From: Hyaloraphidium curvatum SAG 235-1 | Taxonomy: Eukaryota; Fungi; Monoblepharomycota | Assembly: GCA_025558095.1 (NCBI GenBank) | Contig: JAIVFI010000035.1 | Location: 487,500-551,499, forward strand | Reading direction: 5' to 3' | DNA length: 64,000 nucleotides | Shown here: one piece after another, positions 32,283 to 44,350 of the stretch | How positions within the stretch are numbered: position 1 is the first letter of the stretch | Layout: each line of letters starts with the position of its first letter | Notes under the pieces: model-generated | Databases searched by the model: none | The model's input: the letters and a program-made list of their open reading frames with translations, nothing else | What the model was told of the DNA's origin: nothing | Program-made: the position numbers and the translations under genes

Positions 32283-34493
32283 ATGCGCGCCGCCGCCTTC
32301 GTCCTCGCACTGTGCGCGCTCCTCCCGCTCGCCCGCGCGCAGGCCGCCCCGCGCCACGTCACGGCAACGCCCAACACCGCGCAGCGCGGCGGCCGCGCCG
32401 TCATCTACCTGCGCGTCCGTGGGTGCCGCCGCGCCCGCGCCCGCGCCCGCGGCCCCGCTCACTCCCGCACCCAAACAGCACACGGCTGCGACGGCGCGCC
32501 CACAAGTGCGCCCCCGCCCGCCCGCCCGCGGCCCCTCTGACGCCCGCCCGCACCCCCGCAGGATCGGTCACAGCAGTGATCCCCTTCAACGTCACCAGCG
32601 TCAAGCCCCGCCGCCAGCCCGGCTGGTCCATCTCCACAACCCTCCGGCCCCTGGTGCCGCCCGTCACCAGCGAGGGCGGCGCGCTCATCAACACCACCGT
32701 GAGTAGCCTGCCCCGCCCGAAAGGGCCGCGCTGACGCCCCGGAAGGTCGACACCGTCACCTGGACCGCCGAGCCCGGCCTGGAGCTGCTGGACAGCCAGT
32801 TTGAGGACTTTGGCCTGCTCGTCCGCCTACCCACGACCGCCGCCGGCGACGCCGTGTACTTCCCGACAACCCAGAACTGCACCAACGGCGAGCAGGCCTT
32901 CTGGACAGACACCGGCAACGGGCAGGGCGAGGCGGCGCCGAGGGTCAACCGTGGGTGTCCGCGTCGCTCTGTCTTTGCGTGCGGGGGTGCTGACGTCCGC
33001 GGGCAAGTCACCGACGCCTCCTCCAGGCGCTCCCTCGAGGCCGGCGTCTCCTCCGTCGTTTCGGCCAGGCACGTCAGCGCCACGCCCTCCTCCGCCACCA
33101 GGGGCTCCCGCGCCGTTGTCGCCTTCCGCGTCCGTGGGTCCCCTCCCTCTTCCCTCTGCCCTGTGCTCGTGCTGACCCGCCGGTGGATGGCAGCCCACGG
33201 GTGCGACGGCGCCGCCACCACCTCGCTCACCGTCGTCGTCCCGTTCAACGTCACCTCGGTGCTCCCCCGGCGCAACCACGGCTGGACCGTCTCGACCACC
33301 CTGCGTCCCTTGGTGCCCCCCGTCACGGACTCGCACGGGGTTGTGACCAACACCACCGTACGTCCGCGCTACCGTCGGCTGGAGGTGTGCTGACCTGCCG
33401 CCCGGCCGCGCAGATCGACACGGTGACTTGGACCGCCACGCCCGGGAACGCGCTCCCGGACGACATCTTTGACGAGTTCGAGCTGCTCGTCCGCCTCCCG
33501 ACCGCGGCCGCCGGCAACATCGGTACGCGCCCCGCCCAGTGCCAGCAGCCAAGCCCGCTGACGCATGCGCCTCGGGGCAGTGTACTTCCCCACCACGCAG
33601 AACTGCACCAACGGCCAGCAGGCGCTCTGGACCAACACGGGCTCCGGCACCGGGGAGCCCGCGCCCAGCGTCAACCGTGCGTCCCCCCGCTCCGCTCCCC
33701 CGAATGCGCTGACCGTGCGAACCGGCAGTGACCGACGCCCCCGCCAAGCGCCACGTGACCGCCAACCCGTCCACCGGCACCCGCGGCGGCCGCGCGGTGA
33801 TCGACTTCCGCGTGCCTCACGGGTGCGACGGCGCGTCCACCGGTACTTCCCGCCTCCCCCCCTCCGCCTCCCGATCGCACCGCGCTGACCCGCCCCGGCA
33901 GAATCCGTCACCGTCGTGGTACCGTTCAACGTCACCTCCGTCAAGCCCCGCCCGCTCGCCGGGTGGACGGTGTCGAGCACGCTCAGGCCGCTGGTGCCCC
34001 CCGTCAGCGGCGAGGGCGGCGCGGTGATCAACACCACGGTGCGTCGCTTCCCTCCGCGGTGCCGGTGCGCTGATGATGCTGATGCACGGATGCAGGTGGA
34101 CACGGTCACCTGGACCGCGGACAGGGGCGCCGCGCTGCCGGACGGGTTCTTCGAGGACTTTTCGCTGTACCTCCGCCTGCCCACGGCCGCCGCCGGCGAC
34201 GCCGTGTACTTCCCCACCACGCAGAACTGCACCGGCGGCTCGCAGGCCTTCTGGACAAACACCGGCAACGGCGACGGCGAGTCTGCGCCGAGGGTCAACC
34301 GTGGGTTCCCGTCCATCCGCTCCCCCCGCGCTCCTGCTGAAGCACCGCGTACCCGGCAGTCACCGACTCCACCGCGGCCCAGGTCACGACGTCGGCGGTG
34401 GCCACGACCACCCGCCCCTCGGGCGCCGGCGCGCGCGCGGCGGGGATGCTGTGGATGGGCGCGGCGGCGGCGGCGGCGTTGGCGGTGCTCTGA
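32283..34493 (+). CDS. Triple-YcnI-domain secreted protein with GPI-like tail
   Basis: Three spliced repeats of HV(T/S)A.P..RV.HGCDG..VPFNVTSV.PR...GW..DTVTWTA..VYFPTTQNC....W. It has a signal peptide and the C-terminus RPSGAGARAAGMLWMGAAAAAALAVL. Confidence 0.88.
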
Positions 34494-35860
34494 TGTCGGA
34501 CGTGCATGTACCTGCTTGGGAAGGGGAACACGCGCGGGGATGCGCGGGGATCCGCCGGGTGCGATCGGTCCGGACGGGCAACGGGTGACGGCGCCGTTTG
34601 CGTTTCGGGCGCCAGGTCCAGAGGTTAACCAGTCCCGGGGAATGGAACTGTCGCTCTTTTCTTCGGACGTCGCGTTATCTGTTGCTCGGGACCGGGCGGG
34701 CAAGTGGGCATCCGGGTGCCGATCGCCCCGAACCCCGATCCCTGCCTCTTTCGCGCCGACCACCGGAGCGATCGCCGCCGACCACCGCCGGCACCATAGA
34801 TACCCTGTCGCTGGCGATGCTGGGGTTCCATCGGTTCCACGGACGGCTTGCTCTACGGGCGCGCCGCGCGCACCGAAGCGACCGATCCCGTTCGACAGGG
34901 TAGCTTACGGCGAAAGAGGGGATGCTGCCGACCGACGTAAGTATGGACCAAAGGATTCGTGGTTGCAAAAGGGGCGCGGCCTGTTTCGCCACACCCTCCG
35001 GCGTTGTCGGCCGCCGCAGCCGAGATAACGTCCCCACCTATTTGCGAAGAGAGCGAAATGCCTAGCGGCAACGACCGCCCAATCCCCGACATCATGGGGG
35101 ACCCGCGACTCCCGCCCCCCGGCCCGGCCTCAAGCCCGGCGACGGCGGCCGAGGTCGGCGCAGAGGCTGCTTACGTGGCCCAGGTGGCCGGGAAAAGCGG
35201 TGGGCGGACTGCGTTTCCAGATCGTACGGAAACCTGGTCGCTGACCTCGAATCCGTTCAGTCACGACCGGAGTCCACTTCCGAAGGAGGCCAGGGGCCGC
35301 GCCGCGGGGGTTATCGGGGTGCATGTCGGCGAGCAGGTGACCACGCTCTCAACGCGCGAGTCAAGGGCGCCGTGAACGATCCTTTCACCGTCATTGGCAA
35401 CGACGAAGGAGCGCTACCAACGGCCGTGGGTATCGGGGTCCTTCACTCTCTGTCGCTCGTTTAGGTGCCGACCTGGCCTCCAATGCCAGGACCCGTACAA
35501 CCTTCCCGCCCTACACACGTTCGACGACATTCGCAGCATCACCGACCAAGTTCTCTTCCGCTGTGTGACCTTCTACATGGGCAGCTGTTCCGTGCCACCG
35601 GGAACCGAAGCGGGCGGAGCTGCGGAGCCTACGGAGGACAGGGTGCACAGGCTCGGGAACTTGCGGAGGGTCGGGCTCGAGAGGCCAGCGAGGCACCTGG
35701 GTGTGCACCACGTGCTCATCGCCATGCTGCGGGATGCCTGAACGGGATTTTGGGACGTAAAATGTGAACTTGGTGGCCCGGCCGCGGGATCGCTCACCGT
35801 TTGCTCGCTGGACGCGCGTCTGCGCCGTCACGTGACCGGACCCCCGCACCGATTCCAACC

Positions 35861-36610
35861 ATGTCCGCCGAAAAGCCGGTGTCCCGGCTCAAGACCGTCA
35901 CCGACCCCTTCCTGCGCAAGGGCGACGGTGACCTGCGCCCTCCCTCGAACGCCACGGTGGCCGGGGACGACGCCGCGCCCTCCGGAGGGGGCTCCGGGGC
36001 CGAGTGGGGCGCGGGGGTCGCGGCGGTGTGGTTGGCGCTGGCGCTCGTCTGTGGGTGTCTCCAAACCGGGGATTTGCGCAGGGAGAGGCACAGTGTTGTT
36101 GTTCCTGCCGGGATTCCGGGCGGAATGGGGCACGGGAGCCTCCTCTTGCGGAAGGTCGTCAGGGACAGCGAACTCGCAGGCCTGACACCGCCTCCGCCCT
36201 CCGTCGCAGTCGCCTTCATCTTCCGCCGCCTCTTTGCGCAGCTCCGCGCCAACGGCCGCCTCCTCGGCCGCTCGTACCACCTCCTCCCCGTCTCCCGCTC
36301 GCCCCTCCTCTCCACGTCCTCGTCCCCGGCCTCGCACGCCCTCCCGCGCAGCGACATGTTCCCCAGCATGGAAGACGACCCCCGCGGATTCCCGCGGGAC
36401 GACGTGGAGGAGATTCAGAGGCTCATGGACCAGGGGCTGCCGTTCGACGAGGCCAGGAGGGTGCTGAACGAGCGGAGGATGGCCGAGTGGGGGGTGGACC
36501 CCGCGACGGGGCTCGCGAGGGACTCGGGGACGCGCAGGGGGGCGGCAGCTTCGGGAGGGCTGCTTTCGGGCCTGTTGGGGAGCTGGGGCGGGGGCGGGGT
36601 TCGGCTATGA
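35861..36610 (+). CDS. DUF2015 (UPF0357)-like small fungal membrane protein
   Basis: C-terminal DDPRGFPRDDVEEIQRLMDQGLPFDEARRVLNERRMAEWGVDPATGLARD. The 5' exon structure is uncertain. Confidence 0.6.
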   Translation: MSAEKPVSRLKTVTDPFLRKGDGDLRPPSNATVAGDDAAPSGGGSGAEWGAGVAAVWLALALVCGCLQTGDLRRERHSVVVPAGIPGGMGHGSLLLRKVVRDSELAGLTPPPPSVAVAFIFRRLFAQLRANGRLLGRSYHLLPVSRSPLLSTSSSPASHALPRSDMFPSMEDDPRGFPRDDVEEIQRLMDQGLPFDEARRVLNERRMAEWGVDPATGLARDSGTRRGAAASGGLLSGLLGSWGGGGVRL

Positions 36611-36814
36611 GGACCTTGTCGCGGCGCCCGGCCGTCGGGCGATCGATTCCTCGGGCATGGTGTCGGCGGGTCGTCTGTCAGTCGGGTATCTGTATCGTGT
36701 ATCCGCATCTCTACATCGTTGTGGGCCCCACGACCGCCAAAGAATCACAATCCACGTCGCACTTGATCACCAAAACCGGGCCAAAGACGCCTCCGTGCCT
36801 CCGGAAAGACGGGC

Positions 36815-39800
36815 TCACTCCACGATGAAGCCCCCGCCGCCGAACCCCTGCCACTCGTCCTCCGTGTCCGCTTCCTCCTCCTCAAGCTGCCCCTCGGGAT
36901 CTTCCTCCAGGCTTTCCTCGCTGGCCGCCTTCCGGGGCGACGCCGCCCTTTCCTTGCCCTTCCCAGCCCGCTTGAGGGCAGCCTCCTTGCCTTGCCCTCC
37001 CACATCCGAGTCCGAGCTCTCGCTCTCCGAGTCCGAAGCCAGGTTCCTCGGCCCCGCCCTCGTCGCCTCCTCCTCGCTCTCCTCGATCCGCGGCCGCTTC
37101 CCCGCGCCGCGCTCCCCCGGAGAACCCGCCTCGTCCTCCGAGGACACGAGCGGCCGGGGCCGGCGTACGGAGGGAGTTTGGGGAGGCCGCTGCGCCCCTT
37201 CGGCCTCCGAGCCAGAGGCCGCGCGGGGGCGGCGCAGGCGCCGCCGTCCTGAGCCGCCGATCCCGTACTCGTCCTCCAGATCCGCCCGGGAAACGTCCTT
37301 GGCTTTGCGCCGCGCGGCTTCCTCACGCTCGTCGGCACCGTCCGCCGCCTCCCCCCTCCTGGCCCTCTTGGCCTCCCTCTTGGCCTCCTTCTTCATCTCC
37401 TTCTTCCGCAGCCTCTCCTCCTCCAGCTCCCCGGCGTACTCCCTCCTCAGCCGCACCTTGAGCATCACCTTGGCTAGCACCCTCTTCCAGTTCTTCTTCG
37501 CCCTCTCGCGCGCGGCGCGCTCGGCGGCGTCGATCGAGTGCACAGCGTGCTGCATGAACGCCGAGAGGACGATCTCGGCGCTCGCGGCGGGGACGACGAT
37601 GCCCTGGACCGAGGGGAAGGAGCGACCGCCGCGGAACTCGAAGCCGACCTGCAAAGGCGGGCGGGTACGGTGAGGAACAGCCGGGACGGACCGGCATCAA
37701 GAGACGCACCACCGCCTCTCCGTAGTCAACACCGAGCTGCTTGGCGATCTTCCCGATCCCCTTGTGCGGCAGGTGTGCCGCCCCCTTGGGAAGCATGTTT
37801 GGATGCAGCAGGTCCACGTTGCCGAACTTGCTCTTTGGCACGATGCCCTGGCATGTGGTTGGTCAGCATCGGGGAACCCACCGGGGGGGAAGGCACCCAC
37901 GTCGACGACCGCGGGGGCGCGGTACGGTTCCGTCTGCCACCGCCCGAAAAGCGGGACCATGCCCGGCGCGGGGGGGCCGCCGTCCGAGTCGGAGGAGATC
38001 TCGATCGCCGCGTCGGCGTCGGGCGATGCGGGGCCGGCCGATTCCCGGGCGGCGTCCGCCTCCGAGCCCGACGCCGACGCGGGGGCCACCTCGTCGCCGG
38101 TAGACCGCGCCGAGTCCTCGTCCGAGTCGAGCACCACCCGCTTGCGCTTCTTGGGCCCGGTCTTGGGCTTGCCCCTGCCCTTGCGCGCGGATCCCTCCTT
38201 CTCCTTGCCCTTGCCCTCCGTCTCCGCCTTCTCCCTGTCCTTCCGCGGCACCCTCCCCTCCCTCTCCCACGCCTCCTTCTCCGCCTCCACCTCCCTCTTC
38301 CCCTTGATCGTCACCTTCCGTGCCTTTGCCCACTTTGCCGGCCTCTCCCCCCGCCTGACCTCCCTCCCTTCGTCGCGCAGCCACTTTTCCTTGGTGAACA
38401 CGGGGTGCACCGCCGACCGCGGGTACACGGGCTCGCTCTTCGGCCCCGCGCGGCCGAGGATGGGGGTGCCGGGCGGGTACACCATCTCGTGGACGCCGAG
38501 GTGGCGCTCGAGCGCGTACAGCGGGTGCTTCTTGAAGTCCTCGAGGCGCGAGGGAAAGCCTGCCGCGCGCACCGCGAGCTCCGCCTCTGCGCGGGCGCCG
38601 GCGGCGACGGGGGCGAGCCACCCCGCGCGGTCCAGGGCGGAGGTGAGCCACCCGGGATCGGGGTTGCGGCCCGCGGCGCGGAGCTTGGTGATGCGGGGGA
38701 GGTACGACGCGGGGGGGTGGAAATACCGCTCCGTGGCGTCCGAGAGGAGGCGGGTGGCGGGCGCGATGGCGAGGCAGTGCGGGGAGTCGCCCTGCGGGCC
38801 GAAGCCGCGGAGGGAAAGGTGCGTGGAAAAGAAGGAGGCCGAGGGGCCCAGCGAGATGGAGGAGGGGGGTTTGATGCCGGGGAGCGGTGGGGAATAGCAC
38901 GAGAGGTCGAGGGAGCGGTGCACGCCGTCGGGGGAGAGGAAGTCGACGAAGAGCAGCAGGGCGGGGGGCTTCTCGTCGCCCGCGGCGGGGGTGGCCGGGC
39001 TGGCCGGGCTCGCGGGGGCCTTCTTGGCCTTGCCCTTGCCCTTCTTCTTGTCCTCCTGCTCGGCCTCATCGTCGGAACCGCTGCCGCTGTCCGCCTTGGC
39101 CTTGACTCCGCGCACTGGAATCGGGAACATGGCGCCACACAGCCTCGCCTCGACGCCCACGGCACGCAGAGTCGCACAGACCACCATGGCAATCGCGTCG
39201 CGGTGCGGCACCGCCGTCGTCCCCGGTTCCGAGCGCGATGACGAGGGCCCCTTGCCCTTGCCGGGCCTCCCGTCGACCACCGCCAGGAGATCCGCCAGAG
39301 ATCCGGGCTTCTTTCCCTCCACCCATTGCTCCGCGTCCCCGTCCCGTTCCGGCTTCCTCACCCTCTCCTTCCCGAGCGGCAGCCCGTTCGCTCCGAGCTC
39401 CCCCTCCCTCCTCCCGACGGTATCCGCGTCCCCCGCCTTCCCGTGTGCTCTCCCGGGCGCCCCGAGCAGCCCGTAGCACACCCACCCCGCCACCTTGGCC
39501 ACCCACGCGTCGTGCTCGTCGCCCATCCCGGCGACGTGGTAGTACGCCGGCAGCAGGCTGAGAAGGCGGGCCTGGAGGTCGGGGTCGTCGCACCACCCCG
39601 AGCGGGCGCGCAGGGCGGCGGCGAGGAGCAGGCAGTGCGTGCGGTGCAAGAGGGCGCGTGCGTGCGGCTCGGGCACGTGCAGCGGGAACGGGACGCCCTC
39701 GACGACGGGCAACGCGGCCTTCCCCGTGCCCTTGCCCCTCTTGTCCTTCTTGTCCTTCTTTCCCTTGCCGCTCCGCGCGAGCACCTCGTCCATATCGACC

Positions 39801-40117
39801 TCGACGCCCCTCTTCCGGATGGGGAACTGGCCCGCGCCGGCGTCGGGCTCGCCGGGCTCGCGCTTGACGCGCACGCGCACGGCCTCGCCGCCCAGCGCGA
39901 CCGGGAGCTCCTCCCACACCTCGTCGTCCGAGTCGGTGCCGTCGTCGGCGGGCGGCGGCGGCGCGTCGCGGGTTTTCGGCGCGTCCTTCCGCGGCGTCGG
40001 GCCGGCCGGCGCGGGCTTCCGCGGGCGCTTCTGCAGCGCCGGCGAGGGTTCCCTCCGCGCGGCCGGCGGCGCCTCGTCCGAGTCGGACGACAGGCTGATG
40101 TGGCCCGAGTCCCCCAT
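36815..40117 (-). CDS. RAD4: DNA repair protein Rad4/XPC
   Basis: LHRTHCLLL; BHD2 FPSRLEDFKKHPLYALERHL..EPVYPRSAV; BHD3 LFGRWQTEPY..PKSKFGNVDL..MLPKGAAHL..AKQLGVDYGEAV|VGFEF..GIVV. Two introns near 37650-37900. Confidence 0.95.
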
Positions 40118-40211
40118 CGCGGTCCGGGGCCGTGGGCGGGTTAGGAACAGAGGTGGAGTGGAGAGGGGGACGGCGGGACCAAATGCCGGTACGTGGCGAC
40201 GCGAGATCGAC

Positions 40212-41305
40212 CTACAGCTTCCAAGACGGGACTACATCCGAAACCAACTCCGCGTTCTCCAGTTTGCCGATGAGCGCGTCGGGAACTCCTATCAGCCCTC
40301 CGAGCATCGCCAGCTTGTTCCGCCTGACCCTGAGCTGCTCCACCTCCGGGGTCAACTGCGCAGCACCAGCTTCCTTCAGCAGCTTGAAACGGCCGCAGTA
40401 GTAGAACTGCAGGTACCGATCAAGCAGATGGTCATCCAGCCCGAGGATGGTGTCGAACAGCGTGAGCGCGGGCAGCCCGACCTTCCATCGCAACGAGTCA
40501 GCAGACATCCGGATCCCGCACGAGCGAGTGCACTCACTTCCGCGGGCATCTCCCCGGCGCAGTTGCCGATGATTTCAAACGGGCTCAGCACGGTGCCGCT
40601 GCGCCGCTTGTTGACGCGAAAGGCGTTCCAGCTATCCAGCGACCTCAACAACTTCTTGAGCTGCGCCACCTGGTCCTCGAGGCGGCTGGCGGGAGGCCTA
40701 TCGGCCGAAGGAATCCGTGCAGGTCGGCCCCCCCGGAGTGAGCCCATCGTCGCCTCGAGCCGTGCCATCGAGCGTTCGAGGCGGCCGCGGGTCCCCTCCG
40801 GCGGAGCCGCCGCGGCGAACGAGCCCCACGCAACCGAAACCGCAGGCGAAGCCGCCACCACGGAATCTTTCTGCCACTCGCGGATGGCGGCGAACTCCGC
40901 CCATGGGGGATCTCGCTGCCGCCTGAGCGTTTGCCTGGGAACGGTCGGAAGACGGTGCTCACCGCGCCTGCTGCGGGCTTCCATGGGCTCCTGCACTGTG
41001 TGCGGGAGAACTACCAAGGAGTCGTGCGATTGGGCAACTTCAGACGCCTCTGTTGGGTCCGAAGTCGGTGAGCGGCGGCAGGTCGGGGCGGGGAAGCGCG
41101 ACCGCCCACTGACCGTCGGTCGCGGCTTCCCGTTCGCTGCCATCGGAAGCCATTGCTCCGATTCCGGAAGGGGATGCGGGATTCCCCGGGATGCCCGTCG
41201 GGAAGGCTGCGCGCTCTCGACAGTTGACAGTTTGCGGCTGTGTGCGAAAGAGACAGGGACCGGAGTCGGCTGCGGCAACGCGGAAGTGGCGAATCCAGCA
41301 TGCAC
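40212..41305 (-). CDS. Hypothetical protein (multi-exon, boundaries uncertain)
   Basis: Two protein-like frames, 40376-41305 and 40212-40508, are linked by a candidate intron near 40490-40538. No family recognised. Confidence 0.35.
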
Positions 41306-41496
41306 AACGGAAAGCTAAGGGCGTGCCAAATGTGATTGATCGCAGGCGTACACATCGAAAGTTTGAAGACTTGGAGAAGAGCTAGGAGGGAGCTGGGCTT
41401 TTCCGCGGTCCGCGGTCCCATCAGGGAGCGAAAGCTGCCCGGCCGGCGACCAAACATCAATCGCACCTTCCCTTTCGGGGCGCGCAGCATGGCAGA

Positions 41497-42099
41497 TCAA
41501 CCCACCGGCCTCGAAACTGTCGATCTCCAGGGGAGCGTTGGTGTAGTCGGTGATGTTGCTGTCGGGAGGCGGAGTGAGTCGAGTACGGGCGCCGCGAGCG
41601 ACCCAGCCGAACCGACCCGTTGGAATCGAAGGTACACTTGTGGAACCCGTGTCCCTCCCACGGCTTGCCGGCGACGATGGTCGCGGTGTACTTCATGAAC
41701 GTCGTCACGTTGCCCTCGGGGGACGCAAAGATCTCCTTGATCTCGACCTTGGCGGTCGGCTTGCCGTCGACGGCGGACTTCCCGACCCTGCCGCATCGCA
41801 GCAGCCCGGGAAATGAGCAGGGACGGAGAGGGAAGCCGCTCGTGGCGGCCCACCAGGCGGCGAGCGGCCGGCGGACCCAGTCGGCGCACCTGCCCCCGTG
41901 CTGCACGGCGACGTTGTTGATGCCCCCGTGGTACGCGGTGGCGCGCTCGCCCTTGGAGGCGATGTAGTTCCGTGTCCCCGCGGGCGAATGCGGCGTCTTT
42001 CCGGGGCAGAATTGGGCGCATGAGGAGGGGGGCTCGAGAATGGCGGCCGGCAGCGCGGACAATGTCTTTGACGGCCTGGATGTTGGCGTCGGCTCCCAT
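41497..42099 (-). pseudogene. SnoaL/NTF2-like fold protein, apparently frameshifted
   Basis: MGADANIQAVKDI..AAFARGD lies in one frame. EIKEIFASPEGNVTTFMKYTAT..GKPWEGHGFHKCTFDSNG lies in another. Confidence 0.5.
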
Positions 42100-42384
42100 G
42101 GCGGTCCTTTGCGGCGCTGGTGGTTGATCGAGTGCAATGATTAGTGAATGGTTCACCGGGAGACGTCAGAACGCTGCTCTAGGTCAATGACGTGTCACCC
42201 GCGCTCCGAAAGCACACATTGAGGGCGATCCAACGTGTAATCTGGTTGAGCGAGCACCTCATGTTTGCTTGCACTAATTCGTCGGACCAGGCCGGGGTCG
42301 GCTCGGATTGGGAAGACGCAACGGGAATCACGTTGCAGTGCAATCGATCACAACTGTCCGATCCAACCACCCCCGCCACCCCTC

Positions 42385-43608
42385 CTACTCCTCCCTCTTC
42401 CTCTTGCTTCCCCCCTCCAAATACCGGACGCACTGCACCCTCTCCGCCTCTGTCAGCAGCGCCGGCGTGACGGCGAACAACGTCCTGCTTGCACCGAGCA
42501 GCATCCGCGCGGTGTAGCCGTCGTGTACGGGAGCCGCGCGGCGCTTGCGCTTCTTCTTGGCCGGGGGGGAGGGGGGAAGGGAGGGAGAGGGGCTGGGCGG
42601 GAGGGGATGGGCCAAGGGGTGGGGGAGGTCGGCGGGGAAGAAGGGTTGCGGGGTGTCGCGGCGCGGAGGATAAATGTGGGGAGGGTGAGGTTCGTCGAAG
42701 CGAATGGAATGGTGGGGCTCGTAGGCGGGCTGCGCGCCGATCAATGGTGCAAGGTCTGACACCGACGAAAGCTCTCCGCGCTGGAGGGGATATGTCCGAT
42801 AGAGCACGGGATCCACCCTGAACGGCAAGCCTGCATGCGGGATCACCGACGGATCGCGCAGCGCGCCAGAGGGCGCCGAGTTGGACCTGCTCGCGGGCAC
42901 GTAGTCCGGGACAAAGTCCGGCAGCGTCCACGAGAGCAGCACCGAGTCCGATCCGGGCCTGGCCACGGGCGGGGCTTCGATGAGGGGCGGGGAGATCGGG
43001 TACAGGCCGCAGGCGGCCGGAGCCGAGGGCGAGGCCAGGTGTGATTGGATTGGGGGAGGAGGCGACAGGAGGCCGGCGAAGGAGGCCGAGTTTAGGTCCG
43101 AGTCCGGTACGGAATGGAAGTCGCCAGAAACATCGCTGACGGGCGTCGGCAGGTGCGGCACGGGCGGCGAGGGGCTCGGTGCGGTGTGTAGCCTGCCCGG
43201 CAGCGGGGGAGGGAGGCCGAACAGCTCCTCGACCGACAGGTGCCTCGCGGCGGCGGGGTGCGGGGCGACCGGCGCCTGCCGACCGTGCGGAAACCACGGC
43301 GGCAGCGCGGTCTGCGGCAGGAACATCGAGAAGGGCAGCCGCGTGGGCGAGGGCGGAGCGGCGGCGAGCGGCGGGGCGGCATGCGGCGGGGGGCGCGGCG
43401 GGCCCGGGGCGCCTCCCGCGGGCGGCGGCGGCGCGGCGTGCGGCTGAGAGGAGAGCGCGGCGGCGTAGGCGTTCCACAGCTGGGCATCGGCCGCGCTCCA
43501 GCTGTGCGCGGCGGGGTCGGCTCGGGCGGCGTTGGGCGCCCACGGCGGGGGGCCCATGCCCGCGGCGAGCATGGCGACGGGCAGCGCCGGTCTCGGCACG
43601 CCGTCCAT
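42385..43608 (-). CDS. Proline-rich hypothetical protein with NLS-like KKKRKRR
   Basis: A 407-aa ATG-initiated ORF of low complexity with a basic cluster near the C-terminus. Confidence 0.5.
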   Translation of the reverse strand: MDGVPRPALPVAMLAAGMGPPPWAPNAARADPAAHSWSAADAQLWNAYAAALSSQPHAAPPPPAGGAPGPPRPPPHAAPPLAAAPPSPTRLPFSMFLPQTALPPWFPHGRQAPVAPHPAAARHLSVEELFGLPPPLPGRLHTAPSPSPPVPHLPTPVSDVSGDFHSVPDSDLNSASFAGLLSPPPPIQSHLASPSAPAACGLYPISPPLIEAPPVARPGSDSVLLSWTLPDFVPDYVPASRSNSAPSGALRDPSVIPHAGLPFRVDPVLYRTYPLQRGELSSVSDLAPLIGAQPAYEPHHSIRFDEPHPPHIYPPRRDTPQPFFPADLPHPLAHPLPPSPSPSLPPSPPAKKKRKRRAAPVHDGYTARMLLGASRTLFAVTPALLTEAERVQCVRYLEGGSKRKREE

Positions 43609-44350
43609 GGCCCTTTTGCGGAGCGGACGAGGTCTCTTGAGTGCTTTGGCGACTTTGGATCGATCGTCCCGCGCTGGGAAACCCTCTGACCGGGGGTTGA
43701 CTCAGGGGACCAAACTTCCGCGCATCGCAGGACCGAACGGCCAACGGTCGAGCAACGTGCAGCGGCACACATTCTCTCCAGCTAGCCATCTAAACGATCC
43801 TTTAATTGAGGCCGAGATTCCTGCGGCCGCGCCGGATCTGGCGCCCGATCTCCGTTGACAAGGGATCTGCCTGAGCATCCTCAAAAGCCAATCGGGCGGC
43901 CGCGCGGCGCGGATGTCCCACGCGCTCAGGGCCCCACCGCCGCCCCTGGGCCCGCAGATCGCGATTGGAAACCACCGACGAGAACGGACCGGGGGACGGC
44001 GTGCCCTCGGGTGGACCCGATTCGAGGGGACGCACAGGTGCGTTATCACGTCATGGCGCCGTGGCGCCCGGGATCTCATTCCTCGACGGACGAGAAAACG
44101 CCCAAAGCGCCGCAGCCGAGCTAAATAGAAGGCGCCGATGCTGCTAACGAAGGCATGAGGCATCGTGCAGCTTGAATGCGGGGTTCGGCCGGGGGTACCC
44201 CTGTCTGGCGCGCGCGTAGCAGGACACCGGGGGTCCAGGACCCGAAGGATCGGACGGCACAAGCCCAACGCTTCCCATACTCGACCCGAATAGATACAAT
44301 ACGGACCAACTGACAGCCCAAACACCGGGCCGGCGCACTCCCGCTGCGGA

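Noticed and set aside
35058-35741. Possible small multi-exon gene (MPSGNDRPIP.. / ..DPYNLPALHTFDDIRS..)
   Set aside because: No convincing splice model or homology.
42177-42189. 13-bp word CTCTAGGTCAATG shared with ~63367
   Set aside because: Too short and not extendable; it could arise by chance.
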